64,000 nucleotides of DNA from Takakia lepidozioides (taxonomy: Eukaryota > Plantae > Bryophyta). The position numbers and the translations under genes are program-made. The DNA is taken from NCBI GenBank assembly GCA_030704615.1, contig CM060731.1, forward strand, positions 10,106,001-10,170,000. The letters run 5' to 3'. The notes under the pieces are model-generated. The model did no database searches, had not been told where the DNA came from, and saw nothing but the letters and a program-made list of their open reading frames with translations. Shown here piece after piece: positions 49,775 through 61,200 of the stretch; the first letter of the stretch is position 1, and each line of letters starts with the position of its first letter.

Positions 49775-50980
49775 CTGCTGTGTGCCCCTTTGGGTTCTCT
49801 CCTTTCAGTAAGGGCGCCCCGAAAGTGAGCAAGAGCTGAGGAGGAGGACGACGATCTCTTGAGGAAAGGGATCACTCCTACTCCGCTTTCCCATTTCTCC
49901 ATAGAAGCGTCTGGGCCATCTGCTGGCCAGGACCCAGGCTATTCTCATCCCAGCATCACAAGAACCGAACATGATGTTAGCTACATACACAACAGACGAC
50001 AACGGCATTGCTGACAAGTTGAGGCAGACTGCAGATGCGTCCCCCTAAACACAGCATAATGCCCGAAAGGTAGGTACCTGTGAGGCGCCCGAGGCGCACG
50101 TCTGCAAAAACAACGATCTCCATTGAGATCTGAGCATCCATAAACAATTCTTTCGCCCCACGCGGCAATAAAGATCTAACCCCATTCGGTTACTTTTCCG
50201 TTCTTGGATTTGAGCTCGGGACGATCATCGTTCCCTACCTGTGTTGTGTTTTGTCTGCACGTGGGTTACCTACCAAAGCCTCAAACCCACCTGCCGTTTC
50301 ACAAACTAATCATGCCATCACAATTGCTCAGCCGCTCGCAGTTTCTTCAGGCCATTGGTATACGTACCTTCCTATTTCCACGAGAGTAATCCAAGAATCT
50401 CCAGAAAAAGGAAGAAAGACAGAGCAAAACAGAATCGAAGACAAGAAAACAAGAGTTGAAAGCGGGAAAGGGAGACAGGAAGGCGATCGATCGATCGCTC
50501 ACACGGACAGCACCGACAGGGCAGGGCGGACCCTGTCGTGCCTGAGTGAGAGGGAGGGGCGGCCGGGGGAAACGGGGGCCGGGGATTCCGAGGGCGCGGC
50601 CTCTGCGCAGCGCCAGCTATGGCGTCTCGTGGCCCGAGGTGGGGCTGTCTGACGAGCGCTGTGGCTCTGCGCGGGATGAGACATGAGACTGCGAAGCCTG
50701 GAGGGATCCAGGCTCTGGTGGGAAGGAGGGGCGGATAATCGGTTGGTGTAGGGATTATTGCGGGAGTCAGTGGTTGTTGCGGGGAGAGGGGAGGAGGGAG
50801 AGGGAACAAGAATCGATGCAAACGGAGGAGCTGGAGGTTATTGAGGTGAAGATCGATCGCGCGAGAGAGGGGGAAGTGGGTGAGAGTGTTCTTGCTTGGA
50901 GAGAGGAAGGTAGGGACGGAGAGAGAAGGTGAGGTGGTGCAGCGAGGGGGAAGGTCTTGGGGGAGGAAGAACGTCACGGG
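49775..50980 (-). ncRNA. Putative spliced ORF-poor transcript or long multi-exon 5'UTR (exons ~50980-50368, 50254-50239, 50101-50078, 49980-49775)
   Basis: Four consensus donors (AAG|GTACGT, CAG|GTAGGG, CAG|GTACCT, CAG|GTAGGT) and three acceptors define 113-, 137- and 97-bp introns. CT-rich first exon. No recognisable protein. Confidence 0.4.
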
Positions 50981-51836
50981 GAATACGGCTTTATGGGTCA
51001 GTGCAGAGGGGAGTGGGACACATGGACGAGGTAAGGAGGAAATGTAGATAGCTTTTTCTCGGGAAGAGACGAAAATCTGTTCATTTGGGAGTCGTGGAGG
51101 TGAATCTTGACAAGCCTTCTCATTCTACGAAAACCTCAAATTTTGGCGCTGGAGTTAAGAATGCTAGTGAGGCCTCTTTGGACAGGGGCCAGCCACAGGA
51201 GTGAACAGCTTGTGTTTACCTCCTACTCACTCCTCTTGTCGTATATCTCTGAATGTCTATGGTTTGGCAGATTGCAAGCAGCCTCCCGCCTCTTGTTCGT
51301 TCTCCTTTCCTCTCCTTTGTGAATTTCATAGTGCTTCGTGTGTTTCGTCCAATGCTTTTCTTGCACACGACTAGTTCTTCCGTTTGTTTGGTCCCATGAT
51401 AGACATCCTGACTGGTTTAGTGGAAGAACGTAACTGCGAGACCATCAAATGCACGTCAAATGTTTTGCAACGGAACTCCAGTGCCAGGAAAATCACTTGT
51501 GCTAGGACTAGACATTCGAAAGGGTGGACAACCCTGGCATGAAGCTGGAAAGCAGAATCCCTGGTGAACTATCTTGCTGGTGTGGGGCGCACTTGTGGGA
51601 TATTGAGGGCATCTTCAGCTAAACAGGGTGTAATCCTTCTGATTGGGCGCGATGTCGGCACACGTTAGAGTTGCGAGGTCATCCTCTGTAGCCGGTTCAG
51701 TTTCAGGGATCCAAAAGCAAACCGAGTAATAATTCAGCTTCACTAGAAGTTTGAATCTGTATGAAATATCGTTATCCTGAGGCTCCAGCTAGTTTGGTGG
51801 AGTAAGACTGGACCACGAGTTGAGGGGGCCTTAGCG

Positions 51837-53117
51837 ATGGGGTTGGGAGGAAGGACAAAGGAGTTAGCACCACAAATTTTCAGCTGTGTGAAGTCCGTGC
51901 GAGTCAGGGTAATCATGATGATAAGTCTGGCTGGGCTGACAGGTCTTACACTCTTGACATCTCCCTTTCTATTCTGGCAGCCAACACGTTTGATTGTCAA
52001 GTCTGTGAAGTACAATGGAAAGGCTGGAATTTATTCTTTCATGAATTATTCAAATGCTCCTTTGAATGAGACACTGCTAGCTTTTTCTGCAATTGAACCA
52101 AACCAGGAGCAAGAGCGACATCAAATCAAAAAGTTGCTGGATGGAAGTTTGGATGGAGGGCGAAATCGGCGAAATATCTGGGTTTATAATAATAGAGATC
52201 GAAGAGACCATTACCATGATGTAGAGGACCGAAGAAGGCCTGTCAGGAACAGAGGAAATCAAAACTGGCCACTGCAGCTTTCTTCTCCAAAATACGCCCC
52301 ATATTGGCCAAAATTCCGGGAATTGTTGAATTCGTGGGTGCTGAGTAAGCGATTTGAGCCCAAGGTAATGCAAGGATTGGTTTCCACAATAAAGTTGCCT
52401 GTTGACAATCACTACAAGGCAGAGAGGCAGCACAAATACGAGACATGTGCAGTGGTGGGGAACAGTGGCATTCTGCTAAATCGGAGCTACGGCAGCATTA
52501 TTGATGCCCATGAGATGGTGATGCGGCTTAACAATGCCAAAACTGCTGGCTATGAGCAGTTTGTAGGGAAAAAAACCACAATTGCCTTTGTGAACAGCAA
52601 CATTCTTCATCAGTGCTCAAGGAGGGTACGGTGCTTCTGCCATCCCTATGGTGAGAATGTCCCCATTGTCATGTACATTTGTCAGGTGGTGCATTTTATG
52701 GATGTGGCTTTGTGCAGTGCTGCACACAAATCTCCTTTGCTGGTCACGGACCCTCGGTTTGACAGCCTAGCTGCGAGAATTGTGAAATGGTACTCTGTCA
52801 AGGATTTTGTGGAGGAAACTGGGAGGTCAGTTAGTGAATGGAGCAGTGCTCATGACGGGCTCAGCTTCCACTACTCCTCTGGCATGCAAGCTGTTATGCT
52901 AGCTTTGGCAATTTGCAATGAAGTAAATCTTTTTGGATTCGGAAAACTCAATGAGACAAAGCATCACTACCATACCTCACAAAAGGCGGAGCTCAGTCTT
53001 CATGACTATGAAGCTGAGTACAAGTTCTATGATGACCTGGTGAACAAACGGATTGCCTCTATCCCATTTCTAAACGAGGCCGGAATCAACATTCCTCCAA
53101 TGTATGTGTTCCGGTAA
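51837..53117 (+). CDS. Glycosyltransferase family 29 (sialyltransferase-like), GALT29A-type beta-1,6-galactosyltransferase; intronless, 426 aa
   Basis: Type II N-terminal TM. Sialylmotif L CAVVGNSGILL..SYGS.ID.HE.V.RLNNA, motif S YSSGMQAVMLALAIC.EV.LFGFG, motif 3 HHYH, motif VS HDYEAE. Confidence 0.95.
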   Translation: MGLGGRTKELAPQIFSCVKSVRVRVIMMISLAGLTGLTLLTSPFLFWQPTRLIVKSVKYNGKAGIYSFMNYSNAPLNETLLAFSAIEPNQEQERHQIKKLLDGSLDGGRNRRNIWVYNNRDRRDHYHDVEDRRRPVRNRGNQNWPLQLSSPKYAPYWPKFRELLNSWVLSKRFEPKVMQGLVSTIKLPVDNHYKAERQHKYETCAVVGNSGILLNRSYGSIIDAHEMVMRLNNAKTAGYEQFVGKKTTIAFVNSNILHQCSRRVRCFCHPYGENVPIVMYICQVVHFMDVALCSAAHKSPLLVTDPRFDSLAARIVKWYSVKDFVEETGRSVSEWSSAHDGLSFHYSSGMQAVMLALAICNEVNLFGFGKLNETKHHYHTSQKAELSLHDYEAEYKFYDDLVNKRIASIPFLNEAGINIPPMYVFR

Positions 53118-55220
53118 CATAGTTGGTTTGGTTGGCGTTGAGAAGCAGGGTTGCACACCAATGAAAACTTTGAAAGGTGGCCTTGAGAAGAACCTTGCAT
53201 GTGAGTCCAGGGAGCTGCCTGTCATGTCACTACAACAATCCTGTCAGACCTGCAGGAAATAGCGTGGAATTCTAACGCTACATCCACAGCAATGTGATGC
53301 ATTCTATAATACGCTGTTCCCTCAAGTGTGTTTGGGTTCAGACGGGAGCTGCAGCTGAAGGTACATATAACGTGCTGATAAATTTTGCATTTGCTAAGGT
53401 ACTTCGAGGCCTTAATCAGCGTGGTTCTCAGAGAATAACCATTCCACATTGATGAAGATATTCCCATATGTTGCTCTGATTTTAGTTGTAGGAAGGGGGC
53501 CCTATACCTTCTGATGCCAACTTGAATTGCTATGAGGCAATATCACAATGTACAATCTGGCAAGTGGGCCTGGCATGTCAGTTGTACTCAGCCTGAGCTC
53601 TTTGCTTCTGATCTTAAAGCTGCGATGGATAAAGCTGCGCGCTGTTAGCATATTATTACACGGAGGCTCTAGGCTGGCAATGGCTTTCCAGCTAGCCCCA
53701 TCATTCTTTTCATCTGATAGATAAATGATAATTCTTTCCATGTCTACTTGACTTTGGACTACAGCATTTGCAAACCTTATGGAAGATCTATGCCTTGGCT
53801 TGCTTTGCAGCTTTCGGAGGAAAGGCGTTTTACCTTTGTTCAAGACACATGACAAATGATTGAAACAACATGGGTTGGTCATGTCAGGACATTCCATGAA
53901 ATTCAGCTGTGTTGTCCTGCCCACCAGGGTCTTTTTCCTCTCCACCTGTGGCTATCTATGCAGTTATGGTGTTTCCCTAAGCAGCCCTTAACAATAGGGA
54001 CAGATGAAGTCCAGATCCTGTACTTCAACTATCCAGGTGTGCTTCTGCCATGCTATCTCAACCATCTTGCCCTCCATGCTGCTGTAGGTAGCACCTTCAT
54101 ACTGGCTAATATTGATAATCTTGCACAAGCTATGCATGGAAGAACACATGACCTCTTTCAATGGATATCCCTAGGGGTAGTAAGTGGCAGGTGTGGCCAG
54201 GTTTAGCAAGGAATCAGTGCTGCCACTGTTTTGGGATGACCCTGTAAATAGCTTAGAAAGAGAGACAATGGCAACCTTAGTCAAAACAGCATCGAGGAAG
54301 GAGCTTCCATCTCTTCCCACAGCTGTGCAAGATACCGAACCTTCCCTTACTTTCTGCAGATCCAGCAGGAAGGACTGCCTTTTCAACCTCCTTCAATAAG
54401 TGGAACTTTGGGCAAACAGTTGAAGGTTGATCTCCTAGGTTACTCCCCTTGTCAGTGGCAGCACCGCTTTTTAACTGGAAAATAATTACCGGTGTGGAGT
54501 ATGGACAGCGAATGAAAGGAGGAACCAGATGGACAAAAAATATACATAATGGGAAGCTTACTACAGTAGTGACAAATTCCTGTATCCAAACTCACTCAGG
54601 GACCTATACTTGCAGCATTGTCTCCAGGTTCTCAAACCAAGGAGTAGAGGTGCAGTGCAGGTTGAGAGACATTACTGGCTTACACAGCATCCTCATTAGG
54701 GTTATTATATCAATTATAAAAAACAATTGAGACATTTGAATGATCAGATGAGCAGTATAGTATCAATTAAACATAGGAACAGTTGACCTTGGAACTGCTA
54801 CAACCGCAGCTCAAATTTTATAACTCCAGTAAGTTATGACACTTCTGACACTAATGGTAACACTTCAGTGCAGAATTCACCTACCAAACTGAGCACAAGA
54901 AGATGCAAGTCCGCAAGACTTTTGCATTCACTGGAACAAATCAGGCCTGCTAGAGAGGGTGAGACTCCAGGCACTGCTCATGGAATGTCAATGCTCTCAT
55001 ACCTGGCAACTGATATCATGAGTGAAAATTAGAAATGGCACAGATGATTGGGATGGATGAAATACTGCAAAACTATGGAACATTGGCCAATACAACACAA
55101 ATACATCCGCATTGAAAAGAGGCTCTTTGTGGGATGCAGAGAGAGCAACCGGCTAAATAATGTTGCATATCAAAAGGAGAACCCAGACTGTCAAAGGAAT
55201 AAGGGTTTTAAGAATTTTGC

Positions 55221-58200
55221 TTAGAATGCGCTCCAGACATCAGAATGCTTTGGGGTTTGGCCTCCAGCACCAAAAGGGCCTGTGCCTGCAAATGGGTCTG
55301 CTTCATCGTCTGAACCAAACCCACGGCCACGGCCTCCATCAGTCCTTACACTGCTGAAGGAATCAAATCTTGACAGAGATTTGTCGCCATGGTTCGTGAT
55401 GGCATGATCCTCACTTGCACCTGCTTCCATTGTCATTCCAACAATCACATCAGGAGCTGTCTTAAGAAACAGCAACTATGCTTAAATTTCTAAGAGTTTA
55501 GCTGATAACAGCTGCACACCTTACTTGTGTTGGGTCTATGAAAGGAGGAGAAAAGACACATTTAAAAACACTCACCTGAGGTCCTTGGAGGTGCTGCAGG
55601 GCTGCTGGGACCAAATGAATCAAAGCGCATGAAGCTTCCCTCGTATCGATCTTCCCGCTTAGAAGCCCCAGGACTCCCCATAAACAGTGATGTGCCTGGA
55701 GTTGCAATGGTACCTGAATCAGCTCCAAAAAAAGGTGACACCTTGGCATCTTTGGAGGAGGCCAGGGAGCCAAAGGAGTCGTACTCTTCGTGGTTGTTTC
55801 CATTCCGTTCAAAAGCCCGAGCTGGACTTGAGGTCTCATCGACAGTGTTACTGCCAGGACTTGAAATTCGCAGTGATCCCATGTCAAACGAATCTGGCAC
55901 TAACCCATGTGAAGCTGCTGCTTTGCCAAACCTGGTTACTCCCCGAGCACCTGCGGCGTCCAATGAGGCCTGCAGCACAAAACAACATGACCCAAGTTAG
56001 AGGACCAGAGGACAAATAAGTTGTCACCTCAGTCCAGCCATCGGGCAAATGCTCCTGGGCCTCCTGCATATAGTAAACTTATTGCTTTCTCTCCCTCTGT
56101 TTTTGGTTCCCCGTTGTACACGACAGCCATATGCACGTTACGCAGGTGCCCACAGTAGTAGTGCTGGTCTCCAACTTAGTATGAAGTCAATGCCAGCCAT
56201 TAAATGGACACTTCATTCCCTGTAACCAAGTGCACCTGTGCTATGCCCATTCTGGGCTGAATTCCTACCTCGGTGTGAATCCCACTACTGGCTCTGGAAG
56301 AACTACTAAAGAGGACTACACTGCAAAGAGTACGTCATGCAAGCAGTTTAAATCTTTCCACATGCCTCAAAAACTGTGAGAACTCTTGCGGTAATTTTGG
56401 ACAGCTCAAATAGGCTGTGCCAACCCTCTCCAAAAATTCAATTAGTGGCCTGCATTTGAAATTCATACCGTTTGAGCTAAAAGCCTACATGAGCCGAATG
56501 CCTTGAACAAGACATCAATGAGTCCTCAAAGTGTCAAGAAATAGAATGGGGGGGGGGGGGGACAGAGGGGAAAGGCAGTTACATGGGTGCTGGGAGGATT
56601 GCTCTGCAATCCCCAAGATGCACGGACGCCTGAGTCTGCTTCCTCATCGTGGCTCCCAAATGCCCATGAAGCCCCACTGTCACCAAATGGATCTGCCGAG
56701 TTGAAAGAAGCTTGTCCTTGCTCAAAGCTGTTGTCAGCCAGATTGGGTGGTTAGATCTGCTGCTCTTTGGCCAACAAAGATCCGCACATTACTGAAAATC
56801 ATGATCAATACTACGAAGGAAGAGGAGAAAAACCTGCTAGTCGGGGAGCTGAGGGAGGTGCGACCATTGAATGCATCACTGCCGAACTCCTGCGATTCTA
56901 CTACATTTGCATATCTGCATTGCCACGAAACTTTGTCTCTCTTCAGAAAGAAAAACAAACAAAGGGACCAAAGAAAGAATAGAAGCGGTAGCCCTAAACC
57001 CTAAACCCTGACTATGTTTTGGACACAAAAAAGAGTGGATGACAGATCCCAGGTCAGAGCAGAATAGGGTCACTGTCATTACCGAAGGTTTGTGGTGGTG
57101 GCCTTCAGCTATTTACAAAAACATCAGTAGAGAGATAGGTGAGACAAATGCTATGCATTAGAATATAATGAGTTATTTGACTTGAGGACAAGTAGTGATG
57201 ATGTAGTTGAGGTGGGCACCACTCTCATACACCTCATGCAGGCTAACTGTGACAAGCAACTCTACCTTTGGCTGGCCTTGCTGGTGTTGATGGAGGTGGT
57301 GAGCTCATTCTTCCCACCTGGCTGTGAACTAGACGCTGACAGCTCATGTGAAGAACTCTCTGTCCCACTTCTTCCTGATCCATCACTGCCTGTCGGAGAC
57401 TGCAAGTCTAAAGGCAACTGCTCCGGTGCAGAGAGTACATCTTCCCCAGGTGTGACACTCTTGTGATCTAATGTCGGAGATGATGAGAAGTCAAAGCCAT
57501 CATCAAAAAGGCTTTCACCAACCCAGCCTGCAGCGACAGTAGGTTTTGCACTGGAGATGGTCGGATGGGTCCCCCCAATTGTCTCATCCATGAAGTCTTG
57601 AACTGCTGAAAATCCTGCCATTCAATTTGCAAACTGAATGGTATGTACTAGGCGAGTAGCCAATCACAGAAACATAAAGGTGGACATGCAGGTGTGTTCA
57701 TGTGAGAGAGAGAGTCCAACTTGTTCTTTTGTGTTTCAACTTTCTTAACAGATAACAGAGACGAGAAGCTCTGGAATGCATACGTCTCCCTATATGTAGA
57801 TTTTTCTCGTCACACCCTCATTTTTAAGAACACGGAGAACAAAAAGAAGCCCTGGTTGAGACAAGAGGGGATGAGTGTGATTGCTCAAGCTTCTAGTACA
57901 TATGCATCGAGTTCGATCACATCAGACCCTTGCCAATACCCAACATATCCAAATTCATTTTTAGAAAGACCACCAGAAAATTGTCTACTCATACACAAAG
58001 TAAACTGGTCATAGAAAACGGACTAGCCACTTAAGTGAGGTACAATCAAGCCTCAACAGGTGGGGAAGGAGGGCAGACCTTCGTCATCAAACTTATCCCA
58101 GTCCTCATCCCAATCGGTAGCATTCTCCTGAACGCTGCCTTGCCAACCTGTAGCACAGAATTCAATCCCTTTGATCACCCCAGAAAAACCGATATCGAAG

Positions 58201-61200
58201 AGAAAACTTTCAGATAATAATTGAAAGTCACTTCAATACATAACTTGTTTCAGCATTGAACAGGTTCCCGACCCTCTGCTTTTTGAAGTTTCAGCCTAAA
58301 TGGTCCGTCACAACAGGTGACAATGCACTCCAAACCAATCTGACTCCTTTGCGAAGGTCTATGCAACAGGAAAGAAAATAGATCAACAGGTATCTCAATT
58401 GCTAGAGGAACTCTTTTTAAGGACTAGAGATACAGCAAGATGATGAGTGGAAGAGAGACATGCCTTACATTAGTAAGAAGAAAAACAAAAAAAAAAAACA
58501 TGAAGATGCTTCTCTGTGCTACACAGGGACGGAACCTCACCAAAAGGAAGGTCAGTGGGAGCTGTTGTCCTGGCACGGATACCAAAATGCTTAGCTCGTT
58601 CATTCAGAGCTTTCTTTAAATCATCCAAATCAGTTGAAATGCGGTCGGAGTGCACCTGACAAAGAATGAACCCCAATGAACTTCAAAAACCTGAAATCAA
58701 GTTTCCTAACCCACAGTCACCCTATGACAAGAATACCTTCCCATAGACACATAGATGGACCTTCCAAAAGTCCAAACTTTTTACTGTAGAGGTACCATCT
58801 CAAGGTTACACAAACACTCAAGATGAGTTACATAACAAATCTCATCACCAGTTAATTTGTAGCCACTGTTATTCATACATCGGAATTCCATCGCAAACAG
58901 AATCCCTAGGTCCAAGCATGGTTGCAGACTCAAATGGTAGCAGCACATATGCCCCCAGTGACTGTACGACAAGAATACTTCCCAGACATGCATGGCAGGA
59001 CCTCCCAAAAGCTTAACCTTGTTACTGTAAAAGTTACTGTCTCACAGGCCAGACAAACACTCAAACTGACTTGCACGATGATATCTCATACAAACCAATT
59101 TGTAGCCACTGTATTGCATATTTCTGAATTCCACTGTTAAGAGAAACCCTAGACCCAACTGTGGTTGCGACTAAAAACAGTGACATACCTGGAGCAGCCC
59201 ATTGGAATCACCACCATTTTCCAGTTTGACAATAGCATTGTAGATCTCTATCTTCTTTTCCTGCAGAAAAATGAGACAGTTGAAGCACATGATTGCAAAC
59301 AGGTAGATATAGTGGGGAGTCACTGAGTGCGATGTTAAGATCAACAAGCTCCAGTGTTGACATCTTGTCGAACAAATAATGTCCACCAAGGGTTCCACCA
59401 ATACAGTCTTCAAAGAGTGCATCTGCTTTAGAAATCAGTCGAACTCAGATTCGCAGTTGTGATCTTTTACAAAAGTAACATCTGGGAAGATAGGCATACC
59501 TGAATATCTTGGAATGCTGCTTCTTCCGCTTGCAGCCGTGAATTGACATCACCTGCTGATTTGAACTTTTCATCATATTTTTTTGCCAACGACTCCAGCT
59601 GAAACAAAACACATCTTTCCAGCTTTATGAGATCAGAGGAACTTCGAACCAGCTTCTTCTAAGTTAAAACTCAAGTGGACACGTGCCCTCTTGTTGTGGG
59701 GTTCAAGAATAGTGGCTCTATCCACATTATGGTCTCCAGATGCGAATGATAATATCCAACTGCACTATTTCTAATCTTCCCAGGATATGCTGTACTGGCA
59801 GACTCAGCAAGTCACAGTGATGCAGTTATAGTGGTACTATAGTTCTAGACTTTCTATGGATCTTGGAAGGTTATATCTTTAATATCATTCCGAAGAATTA
59901 TTGCCGTAGTAGCAATAGTAGATCAGAGTAGACCCACGCAGAAAAGCACAGAACCAAAAATTGCATTGGAAGGATGCTTTCAGTACCAGACCTAAAAAAT
60001 CTACTGTCCATGCAACAGCCCAGAACCCCATCACTGAATAAAAACAGTATCTGGTGAAGGACAAACAAACCTCGCGCTTATCTGCAGCAGCCCTCTCAGT
60101 AATCTCAGCGAGTCGGTTGTCACATCGGCTTTTGAACAAGATCTGTCATAGTCAAGGCATATGTGTTGTTGAGGACAATACACTAAAAATTAGATATATA
60201 ATTGATGCATGTTTCGGAAGGCATTTCCAAGCAATATCTATGCTGTAGACAGAATTTCCTAATCTGTTCAGTGCAAGGATAACCCCTTATTCTTAGGTCC
60301 TCCAGTCTGTATTTGAGTGAGACGGCAATTTGGGTCCAAACCCAAACAACGAAACAACAAACCTATGAGGGCCACTTACTATTTCTTGCAACTTCGTGCG
60401 ATAAAACTCGATCTTCTCTTTGTGGTCCATGATTTCTTTGTCTAGCTCATAGACCTGCCACCAAGTAGAATAGAAGTAGAACATCAGCCTCACACAAGAA
60501 CCCAGTTACAAGTTCACTAGAGGTTGGAAGCTAACTCAACAAAGTCATGCAGCAACTTTTAGCAGAGTCCTTAATCGAACTTCCTGACAGTACCAGTTCA
60601 TTTCTTGCTTACTTTAACCCATCCCACATTTAGCTATAGGGGATATTATCCAGAACTTTCCAGTTCAGATGAGCCAATAAACACCCAGCCCACATTCCGC
60701 ATGAGTGTTATGAGCTGATAACCTTTAACCACATGATACACCCCTAGTACCAGCACCCATACCTATCCTAGAAAAATGCAAAACCTATCACTCAGGCTAC
60801 ATACACGCATGGAAAGATATGAAGGTGGTAACAAGTATTATCCTGGGGTTTTCCCATTTTCCACAGTTACACAAAAGAAAAAGAGAGAGGAACCTTCTTA
60901 TCAGCTTCTTCCGCAGCTTTATGCTTTGTCCTGAGCATTTCTTGTTCATCACGGCTTAGTTGGTTCACAAGATTTGCCTCCAAGACTGGCGCTTTGGATT
61001 TGTACGGAGCTGGACCAGTGGTCTCGGGAACACCCTCCCTACCAGAAGGGGGACCTTGCAAAGGCATCTGCCCTACTAAAGGAGGTTGCAACCCAGCTGG
61101 CAGAGGAACAGGGCCCACTCCAGGGCCAGGTGGTTGAGGAGCACCTATAATCCACATTTTTGGAGAACTTCAGCTGGTAGTGACCAAAGCGGACTGAATA

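Noticed and set aside
49600-49860. Partial similarity to miR390/TAS3 sites and to miR156-star words
   Set aside because: Matches are about 10 nt or fewer, with no proper duplex or paired target sites.
56992-57011. (CCCTAAA)2-CCCTGA telomere-type motif in an EH-gene intron
   Set aside because: Under three units; common as telo-box or interstitial noise.
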